From an uncultured bacterium (GTDB taxonomy: Bacteria > Acidobacteriota > Thermoanaerobaculia > Multivoradales > JAHZIX01), in contig CBDUPA010000004.1 in the NCBI GenBank assembly GCA_965368975.1, positions 288,001-352,000 of the forward strand: 64,000 bases of DNA, given 5' to 3'. The translations under genes and the position numbers were made by a program. Each line of letters opens with the position of its first letter. The stretch's first letter is position 1. This document shows, piece after piece, positions 28,555 through 37,170 of the stretch. The notes beneath the pieces were generated by a model. That model saw only the letters and a program-made list of their open reading frames with translations. It did no database searches and had not been told where the DNA came from.

Positions 28555-29607
28555 GTGGTGTCCACGGGAACCGCCGGTGGCGTCTGGGTCGATCCAGACG
28601 CCCTGGCGGCTGTCATGCACCGTGCGCTCACCGCGCGCGACCTGAGCGAAGAGCATGCCGGCTTCGTCGTCGATGGTCTCGTCGAGGCGTCCAAGCGGGG
28701 TGTCGATACCCATGGCGTGCGTCTGTTCAGGACCTACCTCAACGAACTCGACGGTGGCCGAGCCAAGGCCCATCCGCAGTTCCAGTGGCACGAAGCCGGC
28801 ACCGCAGCCCGCGTCCTCGACGCCGGTGCCGCACTCGGCATGGTCGCCGGTCGCAGTGCCGCCGCCGAAGCCGTGAATCTGGCCAAGCAGCACGGTGTCG
28901 GCGTCGTCGTGGTGCGCAACTCCAACCACTTCGGTCCCGCCTCCTGCTACACCCTGGAGATGGCGCGCCACCGTGTCCTCGGCCTCGCCTGCACCAACAG
29001 TGATGCCCTCGTTGCGCCCTTCGGTGGATGCAGCCCTCTCGTCGGCACCAATCCCATCAGCATGACGGTCGAAGCCGATGAAGACGACCTCTTCTGTGCC
29101 GACTTCGCCACCAGCCAGGTCTCCTACTCCAAGGTCAAGCACTATCGCGCCCACGGTCGAGACCTGGAAGCCGGTTGGGCCGTCAACGCCGAGGGTGTCG
29201 ACGTGGCCAGGTCGGAGGATCGGGATGTGGCAGCGCTACAGCCCTTGGGTGGTTACAAGGGAGAGTGTCTCGGGCTGATGGTCGAGATCCTGTGCCCCCT
29301 GCTCGCCGGCGAACCCTACGACCACGAGCTGAGTCACCTTTACGGCGAACCCTACGATGAACCACGCCGCGTCGCCCACTTCTTCCTCGGTCTGCACCTG
29401 CCGCTGTTTACGGATGAGCAGGTGTTCCGTGCTCGCCTGCGGCAAATGCTGCAACGCGTGCGCGCCGAGTCGGGGGAGCGGGGAGACGTGATGGTGCCGG
29501 GCGATCCGGAGACCCGCTACGCGGCACAGCGTCGAGAGAAGGGTATTCCCTTGACGGACGAAGAGGCGTCGTGGTTCCGGGGGCTGCCTGGAGGCGAGAG
29601 CCTGTAA
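28555..29607 (+). CDS. Ldh_2 family oxidoreductase (AllD/ComC/malate-lactate type)
   Basis: GVDTHG, NSNHFG, GTNPI, DFATS, LGGYKG and PGDPE. Confidence 0.92.
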   Translation: MVSTGTAGGVWVDPDALAAVMHRALTARDLSEEHAGFVVDGLVEASKRGVDTHGVRLFRTYLNELDGGRAKAHPQFQWHEAGTAARVLDAGAALGMVAGRSAAAEAVNLAKQHGVGVVVVRNSNHFGPASCYTLEMARHRVLGLACTNSDALVAPFGGCSPLVGTNPISMTVEADEDDLFCADFATSQVSYSKVKHYRAHGRDLEAGWAVNAEGVDVARSEDRDVAALQPLGGYKGECLGLMVEILCPLLAGEPYDHELSHLYGEPYDEPRRVAHFFLGLHLPLFTDEQVFRARLRQMLQRVRAESGERGDVMVPGDPETRYAAQRREKGIPLTDEEASWFRGLPGGESL

Positions 29608-29619
29608 GGTGGGCGCCGC

Positions 29620-32055
29620 TCAGGGTTGCCGCAGAGTCTGCGCTGGGTCAAGATCGACTGCGCCACGTGTCACTCGATAGATGGTGAGCAGCGCCAGTAC
29701 GCCTAGCAAGAGGGGGACTGCAATGAGCTGCCAGCTCTTGAGATCGGGAGCCAGCGGGGTCGTCCCCTGCAGATAGGAGTCGAGCAGCAGCGCGAGGCCG
29801 ACCCCGACCAGGAGCGCAGCGGCGATCCCGCGCCCGCTCTGCCAGAGTGCTTGCCGCAGCAAGTCTCCCGGCTGCGCACCCAAGGCCAAACGCACGGCAT
29901 GATCAAAGTGGCGCCGCTGTGCCGCCGCGGCCGTGACCGTGACCACGCTGAACAGTGCCAGGCACAAGCCCACGGCGGCGAAGAGGGACGAGAGTCCTGC
30001 CAGCAGCCGCTGCCGCTGGAGGCCGGTGTCGAGATAGTGCTGCAGGGGCACGGCGTCGGACAGCAGGAGGTAGGGATTGAGCGCGCGCACTCGCCGCCGC
30101 ACCTCGTCAGCCAGGACGCTGGGCGGCACGCGGGTCCGGGCCACCAGGGTCATGCGTAGATGTGGTAGTGCCGAGAACGGCAGGTACGCTTCCGCGATCG
30201 CCGGTGCGGTGGGGCCTCCAGGGCGGGTATCGGCGACGATCCCGATGACACGCTTCGGCGCTTTGTCGGCCCAGTTGAACTGGACCTGGCTGCCGACTAG
30301 CTGGCTGCCCGGTTTCAGGTCCAGGCCCAGCTGCCGTACCGCGGTTTCGTTGAGCAGGACGACCTCTGTGGCTGTCACGTGGCCATCGCTACCGGCGGGT
30401 GAGGTTCGCACTTCGAAGCCTCGACCTTGTAGTAGGTGGATCTCCAAGGTCGAGAGATACCCGGGACTGATGCCACGCAAGGCGATACGGTCGCTGGAGT
30501 GCTCGTCGGGCGCTTTTTCCCCGACCCTGGAGCCTTTCACTTGGAAGAGTGCGCCGGTCAAAGGGAGATGGCTGACCACTGCGGCGTGCAGGATGCGAGC
30601 ATCTTGCTCGAGCTGAGCCGGCAGGGCGTCGAGAAACTGGAGGCGCTGAGCCTCCGTGAGCTGGCGTCTCGGTAGCTCCATCTGGAGCGTCAAGACCGCG
30701 TCGGGTTCGAAGCCGAGTGGCGTCGAGGCCAGTCTTGCGAAGTGGCTCACAAGGAGGACGGCACCGAGGCAAAGCGCGGTTCCCAGGGCGACCTCGACGA
30801 CCATGATGCCCGTATAGATCCCTCGCAGCGCGGGTGGCAAGCCGTCCCGTGCTCCGGGACGAAGGAGCGTGGTGCGACGCAGCGGAGACAGGCGGCCGTA
30901 GGGAAGCAGGTGGAGCAAGAAAGTCGCGAGCAGGGTCAGGCCCAAGACGAAGGCGAACGTCGCCCCCCGTGGTCGCAGTTGCACCAGCCAGGCCACCTGC
31001 GCCGGAAGAAAGCGGGGCAAGATGTCCAGCGCAAGGCTTGCCAGCCACCAGCCCAAGAGTGCACTCGCGAGGAGCCAGGGAAGGTTCTCGACCACCAGCT
31101 GCCGTAGCAGACGGCCACGTCCGGCACCGAAGGCCGCTCGTAGCGCCAACTCCTGACGTCGCCGTTCCAGGTCCACCGTCAGCAAGCCTGCGACGTTGAC
31201 ACAGGCAAGCAGCAAGACCAGGGCGCTGGCAGCGAGCAACCACAGCAGCGCCGGTCGCACCGGCGCGACTGTCAAGTCATGCAAAGAGGCCGCGCGGCCC
31301 CGCCACGCTTCGTTGTCAGCCGGATGTTCCCGTGCCAGGGCCTCACTCACTGCCGCCAGTTCCGCCATCGCTTGCTGCTCATTTACAGCTGGCCGTAGAC
31401 GTCCCAGCACGCGTAGCATGCGATTGCCGCGCAGGAACCAGGGTAAGTTCAGCGGTAGGACGGCGATCACATCGACTCGCTGTTCGCTGACAGGGGTACC
31501 GAGGGAGAAGGAAGCGGGTAAGACCCCCACCACGGTGATCGCTTCCCCATCCAGCGTCAAGCTCTTTCCGACCGCTTCCGGCTCCCCTCCCAGCTGTCGT
31601 TGCCAGAAGCTGTAGCTCACCACTGCAGCGGGTGGCGCACCGCTCTTGTGATCGGGTGAGCCCAACAGTCGGCCCATTGAGGCTTTGATGTCGAGAACCT
31701 CGAAGAAGTCATCCGTCACCAGGAGTCCTGAAAGCTTCAGGGGTTCTCGGGTACTTTGCCAGGTAGGCTGCCACATGAAGGTAGCGGTTAGCTGCTCGAA
31801 GCTGCGCAGGCGTTGCTGCCAGTCCTGAAAGTTGGGCAGCGAGGCAACACGTCCTTCGCCAGTCGCGGTAGGTTCTTGCTCCCACAACAGCATCAACAGG
31901 CCAGCGTTGGGATAGGGGAGAGATCCCTCGAGTGTCGACTGGACCAGGGTGCCGATGGTCGTCGCGAAGCCAAGTCCCAGCGCCAAGGAGAGCACCAAGC
32001 CTAGTGCAAGGAGAGGGCGCCGCAGCATGCGGTATAGGTCTTGATGCAGGGGCAA
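29620..32055 (-). CDS. ADOP-type duplicated MacB/FtsX ABC permease
   Basis: Two MacB-like periplasmic plus FtsX repeats: VVSYSFWQRQLGG, LVLLLACVNVAGLL, ELALRAAFGAGRGRL, LGFEPD and RLALGA. Confidence 0.9.
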   Translation of the reverse strand: MPLHQDLYRMLRRPLLALGLVLSLALGLGFATTIGTLVQSTLEGSLPYPNAGLLMLLWEQEPTATGEGRVASLPNFQDWQQRLRSFEQLTATFMWQPTWQSTREPLKLSGLLVTDDFFEVLDIKASMGRLLGSPDHKSGAPPAAVVSYSFWQRQLGGEPEAVGKSLTLDGEAITVVGVLPASFSLGTPVSEQRVDVIAVLPLNLPWFLRGNRMLRVLGRLRPAVNEQQAMAELAAVSEALAREHPADNEAWRGRAASLHDLTVAPVRPALLWLLAASALVLLLACVNVAGLLTVDLERRRQELALRAAFGAGRGRLLRQLVVENLPWLLASALLGWWLASLALDILPRFLPAQVAWLVQLRPRGATFAFVLGLTLLATFLLHLLPYGRLSPLRRTTLLRPGARDGLPPALRGIYTGIMVVEVALGTALCLGAVLLVSHFARLASTPLGFEPDAVLTLQMELPRRQLTEAQRLQFLDALPAQLEQDARILHAAVVSHLPLTGALFQVKGSRVGEKAPDEHSSDRIALRGISPGYLSTLEIHLLQGRGFEVRTSPAGSDGHVTATEVVLLNETAVRQLGLDLKPGSQLVGSQVQFNWADKAPKRVIGIVADTRPGGPTAPAIAEAYLPFSALPHLRMTLVARTRVPPSVLADEVRRRVRALNPYLLLSDAVPLQHYLDTGLQRQRLLAGLSSLFAAVGLCLALFSVVTVTAAAAQRRHFDHAVRLALGAQPGDLLRQALWQSGRGIAAALLVGVGLALLLDSYLQGTTPLAPDLKSWQLIAVPLLLGVLALLTIYRVTRGAVDLDPAQTLRQP

Positions 32056-32070
32056 GGGCTTGTTCCTGGG

Positions 32071-33342
32071 TCAGGTGGAGTGTGCCAAGGGAGTGAGTTG
32101 CGGGTCTTGGGTTCCATGTTGAGAGCGCCGTAACAGCGGTTTGCTCAGTTTCCAAGCCAGCGTTCCAACCATGAGTAGCATGACGAGCTGCGCTGATAGG
32201 TCGGCCAATGCTGAATACAGATGAGGGCTTCCTTGGGGATGGTGCAACAGTTGCAAGACCATGGCGCACGTCGAGGGGAACTGCGCGATCTGCCTGGCTA
32301 CAGCGGGAATAGCATGGAATAGAAAGTAACCCCAGACCAGGATGGCGCCCAGCGAGTAAGCACTGAGCAGCAGGATAAGCCATGTAGGCCATGGCAGGGC
32401 ACTCTCGGTCTTGCCGCGGAGTCGTTGTGCTAAGTGGCGCAGGATGGTTGCTGGTTGCCGGGACAGGTTCGTGACCCCCAGACTGTCTGCCAGCACCCAA
32501 TAGCCATCGAATCGGAAGATCGGATTGAGAGAGAAAACAAGTACCGAGAAGACCAAGGTGGCAGCCATCCAAAATCCAGGCCAGCCGGTAGTCAGGTATC
32601 CAGTGAAGAAGATGCTTGCTGTGAGCATGTGGAGGTAGGGACCTCCAAGATCGACGATCACGCGTTGCCAGCGGCGAAGTTGCCAGGCTGCTGTGACGTC
32701 GCTGTAGAGAACTGGATAGATCAGATACATTCCAAAGCCGATTTCACGCGGCTTGGCACCGAAATGAGCAGAAGCACTCGCATGTCCGAGCTCGTGCACC
32801 AGGAGAGAACCCAGAAAGAGCAAGAAGCCTGGCCAAGCCATCGTTCCAGACAGGGTGGCTGGCGGACCCACTTGGAGAGCCCATGCGACCGTAGCGGTAA
32901 ACCAGGTCAGCATGAATACGCAAGGCAGGGGGTAGAAGAACGGGCGTAGGAGGTTGGCCAGGCGGGTGACGATCTCAGCTGGAACCAGAGATGCTGTGAA
33001 CCAAAAACCAGTGGGTAGAGCAGGTCTCTTGTCTGCTTGCTCCAACTGGGCCCTCAGGGACCGTTCGACCTTACCGTAGGCTTCGCGAACTTCCGTCTCA
33101 GAGACGTTCTTCGGCCCGCACGCGCTGAACTCCGAAGCGATCTCCTCAAAGGTGTGTCCCTCGTACACTCGCTGCACGAGATTATAGGCGCCTGAAGCGA
33201 GTTTCAGATGACTACCGTTCCGGGTCACCAGCAAAAAGTGTTGTCCATGGTCTCGCGAGTCGAGCGGAATCTCCCGATCCAGCCCTCGCAGGGCTGTCAG
33301 ATCGAGGGAGCCTACCGGATCCTTGGCAATGGACATTGTCAT
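32071..33342 (-). CDS. M50-family intramembrane zinc peptidase (YydH/EpeP-like) with PqqD/RRE-like N-terminus
   Basis: HELGH, GFGMYLIYPVLYSDVT, GGPY and NPIFRFDGYW; multiple TM helices; soluble N-terminal domain of about 100 aa. Confidence 0.85.
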   Translation of the reverse strand: MTMSIAKDPVGSLDLTALRGLDREIPLDSRDHGQHFLLVTRNGSHLKLASGAYNLVQRVYEGHTFEEIASEFSACGPKNVSETEVREAYGKVERSLRAQLEQADKRPALPTGFWFTASLVPAEIVTRLANLLRPFFYPLPCVFMLTWFTATVAWALQVGPPATLSGTMAWPGFLLFLGSLLVHELGHASASAHFGAKPREIGFGMYLIYPVLYSDVTAAWQLRRWQRVIVDLGGPYLHMLTASIFFTGYLTTGWPGFWMAATLVFSVLVFSLNPIFRFDGYWVLADSLGVTNLSRQPATILRHLAQRLRGKTESALPWPTWLILLLSAYSLGAILVWGYFLFHAIPAVARQIAQFPSTCAMVLQLLHHPQGSPHLYSALADLSAQLVMLLMVGTLAWKLSKPLLRRSQHGTQDPQLTPLAHST

Positions 33343-33357
33343 GAAGCGGGTCGACTC

Positions 33358-33558
33358 TCAGCCCACCTCGAAGGTCGTGCAGCCAAAATCAGCACAAGTC
33401 GCGAAGCTGCTGCAAGTGAACACTCCGCAGTCGAAGGAATCTTGGACCATTACCATCTCAAGCCGCTGATCGAGTACTTCGACGGTCAGGTTCTCATCAT
33501 CCAGGCTGAACAGGCTCTCGTTCAGACTGACCATTTCTGCAGGCTCTTTCTTCTTCAT
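33358..33558 (-). CDS. RiPP precursor peptide (66 aa) with four C-x-x-F repeats
   Basis: GAGGAAG RBS then ATG 33558: MKKKEPAEMVSLNESLFSLDDENLTVEVLDQRLEMVMVQDSFDCGVFTCSSFATCADFGCTTFEVG; lies between the rSAM and the peptidase. Confidence 0.88.
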   Translation of the reverse strand: MKKKEPAEMVSLNESLFSLDDENLTVEVLDQRLEMVMVQDSFDCGVFTCSSFATCADFGCTTFEVG

Positions 33559-33595
33559 CGCATCTTCCTCATTCAGAGTTGGTCCTTGGTTTGAC

Positions 33596-35098
33596 CTAGA
33601 GGCCACAAGCCGTAGCGGCTTCGGCAATCGATGGCTTTCCCGCGGAGAAGTCGAGAAAGGCTTCAGCGACAGCCTTGCGGAACCGGTTTGCGTAACCGTC
33701 GCAGTAGTTGCGATAGAAGTCGCCGTTGTTGTCCTGTGCCAGGACAGCACAACCGCCGCCGCAGTGGAGGTTGTACCGGCACTTCATGCAGACGGAGTTT
33801 GTCGTCACCGTGCGGCCCCGCCAGTGGTCGTGCATTCGCGCGTTCAACTGCAGGTGATCGTGCGCATCAATGTGACCGATACGGATTCGCTGGTCACCGG
33901 TTCTCTCCCAGCAAGCATAGATATCTCCGAACGCGTCGAAGATGTACATGCCGAGGTGAGCTGAACAGAAGCTGGGTCTGAGGGCAGGCAAGCCGCGGCC
34001 GCTGAAAATTCGCAGCGCTTGTTGTCGGATTGGGTCGTCAACGGTCCCCAGGATCCTCAGTACCGGATGCTTTTCACGCAGTTCTGCCAGAGAACGGTCC
34101 AGTTCCCAGCTACCTAGTACGCTGGTGGTATCCGTGTGGTCGTTGGAGGCACGGATGGCCGCGACCTGGGCTTTGAAGAGTGGTTGTTCATGCCACCCTA
34201 ATAGCTCGAAGGTTTCTGCTAGCGCTACGAGGCTGGGCAGATTCGAACGGTCGACGTTGGTTCGAATCGTGATGGAGACACCTCGCTGGAAGCACAGTTC
34301 GATGTTGCGCTGGATTCGTTCCCAGGAGCCGCTGCCATCAGCATACTTTCTGCGGGCATCGTGCTCGTCCGGAGGTCCATCGAGTGTGATCTGAATACTG
34401 CTCAACCGCTCCGGGTGCAGCAGGTCGGCGTAGGCTTCGAGTTCGGTCCCGTTCGAGATGGCCCAGAAGTGAGCCTCTCCACGCTGCTCAGCTCTCTCGA
34501 TGATGTACTGAACGATCTCGCGGTTGCTCGCCAGGAGAGGTTCTCCACCGAAGAAGCCAACATCGATCCTTCTTGGTTCGGTCTCTGGTATGCCATGGCG
34601 TTCTTCGATCTTGGGCATGACGGTGAAGATCCGATTCACCATGTCCTTGCTCATGCGCTTCAGGAGTCGACGAAAGCTGGGATCGGTCCGCATGTGATCC
34701 TGGAAGCAATACGGACACCGGAGGTTGCAATCATAGTTGGGCATGAAGAGGTACTTTGGCCAGGAGCGCGAGTAGGTGGCATGTAGCTTCTCGACGAAGC
34801 GACGCAAGAAGCCCTCTTCTTCTTCCTGCGTCAGGGTGGTCAAATAGCCGCGTTGCTTGAGGCGTCGAAGTGTCTCTTCCGATGGGACTTCGGTGGTTTT
34901 GGAAGCGAAGGCTGCCTCCTCGGCCCATTTCCCGTAGAGAGGCTTGGGGCGTGGTCCGACCTCCAGCGAGCGCAGGTACGAGGCCACTCGGCTCGATACC
35001 TTGTCGAAGGCACCGGTATACGTTTGCACCAGGAGGAGTTCGTCCTGCTGGTTGGGCAAGTCGACGTAGATTGTGTAGCTGCTGGTACGAAGACTCAT
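33596..35098 (-). CDS. Radical SAM/SPASM peptide maturase with N-terminal RRE-like domain
   Basis: CNLRCPYC, FFGGEPLL, SNG and QITLDG; SPASM CSAH...GDIYAC...CMKCRYNLHCGGGC...YC; start ATG 35098 or TTG 35107. Confidence 0.95.
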   Translation of the reverse strand: MSLRTSSYTIYVDLPNQQDELLLVQTYTGAFDKVSSRVASYLRSLEVGPRPKPLYGKWAEEAAFASKTTEVPSEETLRRLKQRGYLTTLTQEEEEGFLRRFVEKLHATYSRSWPKYLFMPNYDCNLRCPYCFQDHMRTDPSFRRLLKRMSKDMVNRIFTVMPKIEERHGIPETEPRRIDVGFFGGEPLLASNREIVQYIIERAEQRGEAHFWAISNGTELEAYADLLHPERLSSIQITLDGPPDEHDARRKYADGSGSWERIQRNIELCFQRGVSITIRTNVDRSNLPSLVALAETFELLGWHEQPLFKAQVAAIRASNDHTDTTSVLGSWELDRSLAELREKHPVLRILGTVDDPIRQQALRIFSGRGLPALRPSFCSAHLGMYIFDAFGDIYACWERTGDQRIRIGHIDAHDHLQLNARMHDHWRGRTVTTNSVCMKCRYNLHCGGGCAVLAQDNNGDFYRNYCDGYANRFRKAVAEAFLDFSAGKPSIAEAATACGL

Positions 35099-35186
35099 AG
35101 ACTTCAAGTTGCCGGTTCTTCTTAACCAGTTTCGAGGCGGGACTGGCCGTTAGTCTGAAGACCGATAGCGGTCAGGGGATCTCCTG

Positions 35187-36086
35187 TCAAGATACCACGG
35201 AGCAAGTCCTGTCTCGTGCCTCGCTGGTGGCCGAGCGTCGCGCGCGAAACAGCTGCACGAGCTGCTCCCGGCTGTCGCTGTAGTCCTGGAAGGAGCAGCT
35301 CTCCAGGAGTCGCTCGATCTCACCTTCGGCGAAGAAGTGCATTCCTTCGAGCGGGCGGCCGTTCCGGAGCGAGGTGAGGGGACGCCCGGGGCCTTGCGTG
35401 AAGTTCAGGCCGGAGAAGACGGAACCCGGTCGAAGGCAGCGGCTGATTTCAGAAACGCTCTGGCCGAGGTCAGTGAAGAGGTGCATCGCACCACAACAGT
35501 TGGCGCCATCGAAGGCTGCGGACACGAAGGGGAGGGCGAGCGCAGATGCTCGCAAGAAGGCGATATTGGTGATCCCCTGCGCCGTCGCGAGATGATGCGC
35601 TCTGGAGAGCATCGTCTGGGAGATGTCCACTCCGATCACCGTCGTCTCAGGATGGCGCTGGGCCAGGGCGCGAGTGAAGTTTCCCGTGCCACACCCGACA
35701 TCGAGCAGGAAGCCTCCGGGCTCGGGCGAATGCCAGCTACTGAGGAGCTCCGCCTGTGCGGCAAAGCGTGACCGGGTCACGAGCCGGCATAGGGACGGTC
35801 GCCAGTAGTCTTCGTAGATGCGGACCAGCCCAGAGGTATGCAGGAAGCGAGCTGCAAGCGACAGCTGCGGAGGTTCGTTGAGAAGGTCGAGCACGCCGCT
35901 GCGGAGCGGCATGTTTCGCTCGCATTGCATGCAGACCGCCATGGCTACCTCGGCAGTCAGAGGTCCTGTGCACTGGTGGCAGGTGAGAATCTCGAGGTAT
36001 CTGCTGAAGTCCATGCCGTTGTCCACTCGAGGCTCTGTGCGATTCGGGAATTGACCAGAATCTACCATGGAGGAGATGCTGGTCAT
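35187..36086 (-). CDS. Class I SAM-dependent methyltransferase with N-terminal Zn-ribbon (Trm112-like)
   Basis: CHQC...CMQC; LLDVGCGTG, VIGVDIS, ALPF..FD and RCLRPG; start may be 36014. Confidence 0.9.
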   Translation of the reverse strand: MTSISSMVDSGQFPNRTEPRVDNGMDFSRYLEILTCHQCTGPLTAEVAMAVCMQCERNMPLRSGVLDLLNEPPQLSLAARFLHTSGLVRIYEDYWRPSLCRLVTRSRFAAQAELLSSWHSPEPGGFLLDVGCGTGNFTRALAQRHPETTVIGVDISQTMLSRAHHLATAQGITNIAFLRASALALPFVSAAFDGANCCGAMHLFTDLGQSVSEISRCLRPGSVFSGLNFTQGPGRPLTSLRNGRPLEGMHFFAEGEIERLLESCSFQDYSDSREQLVQLFRARRSATSEARDRTCSVVS

Positions 36087-36149
36087 CGCCTCAGTGAGTC
36101 GGAGTCGAGAGACGTGGCAGGTCCACCGTTGAACCTGCCACTCCAGGAC

Positions 36150-36614
36150 TCAGGCGCAGCAAGCGGCGCCGTCACCGCAGGTCGCACTCTGAGTCTGCAG
36201 CTCTGGTGCGGTGTCGCCGACCTTGACCACGAAGACCTCCCAGCCGTTGCCGTCCGGATCCCGTACCCACACTTTGTCCTGCAGGGCATAGCAGCAGTCG
36301 GTGTCGGATTCTTCGAAGGTCGCCATGCCGGCATCTTTCAGCCGCTGTGCCGCCTCGCGCACGATCTCGGTACTGTCGACCTGGATGCCCAGGTGGTTGA
36401 GGGCACCGACACGGGCGCCGTGTTCGCCGGCTTCGGGGATGGCGGTGGGTTCGGTGGAGGTGTTCTCGTTGAGCGTCAGGTTGAGACCGGGGTCTTCGAT
36501 GTCGAATTTGGCGTAGCCCGGCTTCAGCTTGACGGGATCCTGACCGAAGAAGGCGCGGTAGAAATCGACCGAGGTCTGGAAGTGGGCGGTGTTGAGGGCG
36601 AGATGGGTCTTCAT
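36150..36614 (-). CDS. arsI: ArsI/CadI-family VOC protein (C-As lyase-like)
   Basis: HLALN, KPGYAKF, LNHLGIQV, DCCYALQDKVWVRDPDGNGWEVF; C-terminal ACCA. Confidence 0.88.
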   Translation of the reverse strand: MKTHLALNTAHFQTSVDFYRAFFGQDPVKLKPGYAKFDIEDPGLNLTLNENTSTEPTAIPEAGEHGARVGALNHLGIQVDSTEIVREAAQRLKDAGMATFEESDTDCCYALQDKVWVRDPDGNGWEVFVVKVGDTAPELQTQSATCGDGAACCA

Positions 36615-36703
36615 GGTGAGTCTCCTTGTGTTTGTGTTTCTAGCAGGGTCGAATTATGAATTCGCAACTGTTGGATGGATCGAGTCCGGAGTGCGTCACG
36701 AAC

Positions 36704-37093
36704 TCAGCCGCAGCCCGGTCCGCACGTTCCCTCATCGACCCCGATCGGCAGACCGGGGGACGTGACACTTTGAGGGGCAAGAACGGTTTGGCGGGTGCAG
36801 CATTCGGCGTAGAGGAAGCCGAGCAGCCGGCGCAGGGCGTCGGTGCCGGCGCGGTAGCGCAGGAAGCGGCCTTCACGCTCTTGGGTGATCAGACCTTCCT
36901 GGCGCAGAGCGTCGAGATGGTGCGAGAGCGTCGAGGGCGGGATCTGGACTTCCGACTTGATCTCGCCGACCACTAGCCCCACCGGATGCGCCGCCAGCAG
37001 CGCGCGCAGGATCTCGACGCGGGCCTCGTGGCCCAGAGCGGCGAACATGCTGGCGAACTGTTTGGCGTCTTCTTCGTGGTGCTTCCTGCTCAT
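36704..37093 (-). CDS. arsR: ArsR/SmtB transcriptional repressor with C-terminal vicinal Cys
   Basis: FAALGHEARVEI, STLSHHL, REGRFLRY and FLYAECC; extra Cys in tail TCGPGCG. Confidence 0.92.
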   Translation of the reverse strand: MSRKHHEEDAKQFASMFAALGHEARVEILRALLAAHPVGLVVGEIKSEVQIPPSTLSHHLDALRQEGLITQEREGRFLRYRAGTDALRRLLGFLYAECCTRQTVLAPQSVTSPGLPIGVDEGTCGPGCG

Positions 37094-37098
37094 GACTA

Positions 37099-37131
37099 GA
37101 TGATTCTAGAATCATCGAATCAATGTGTCAA
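37099..37131 (-). promoter_or_regulatory. arsR promoter with overlapping palindromic operator
   Basis: TTGACA (37131-37126), 17 bp, TAGAAT (37108-37103); perfect 18-bp palindrome GATGATTCTAGAATCATC (37099-37116); ATG only 9 nt after the -10. Confidence 0.85.
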
Positions 37132-37170
37132 GCCTCTCGCGACTTCGACAGCGAGGACAGAACCATGCGG

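Noticed and set aside
35187-36086. ArsM arsenite methyltransferase
   Set aside because: It lacks the recognisable ArsM pattern (GCG-x-P region, SNCV..L); the Zn-ribbon plus UbiE-like architecture fits a generic class I methyltransferase.
29608-37170. Mobile element boundaries around the RiPP/ars region
   Set aside because: No integrase, transposase, tRNA or flanking direct repeats were seen; only a qualitative compositional shift.
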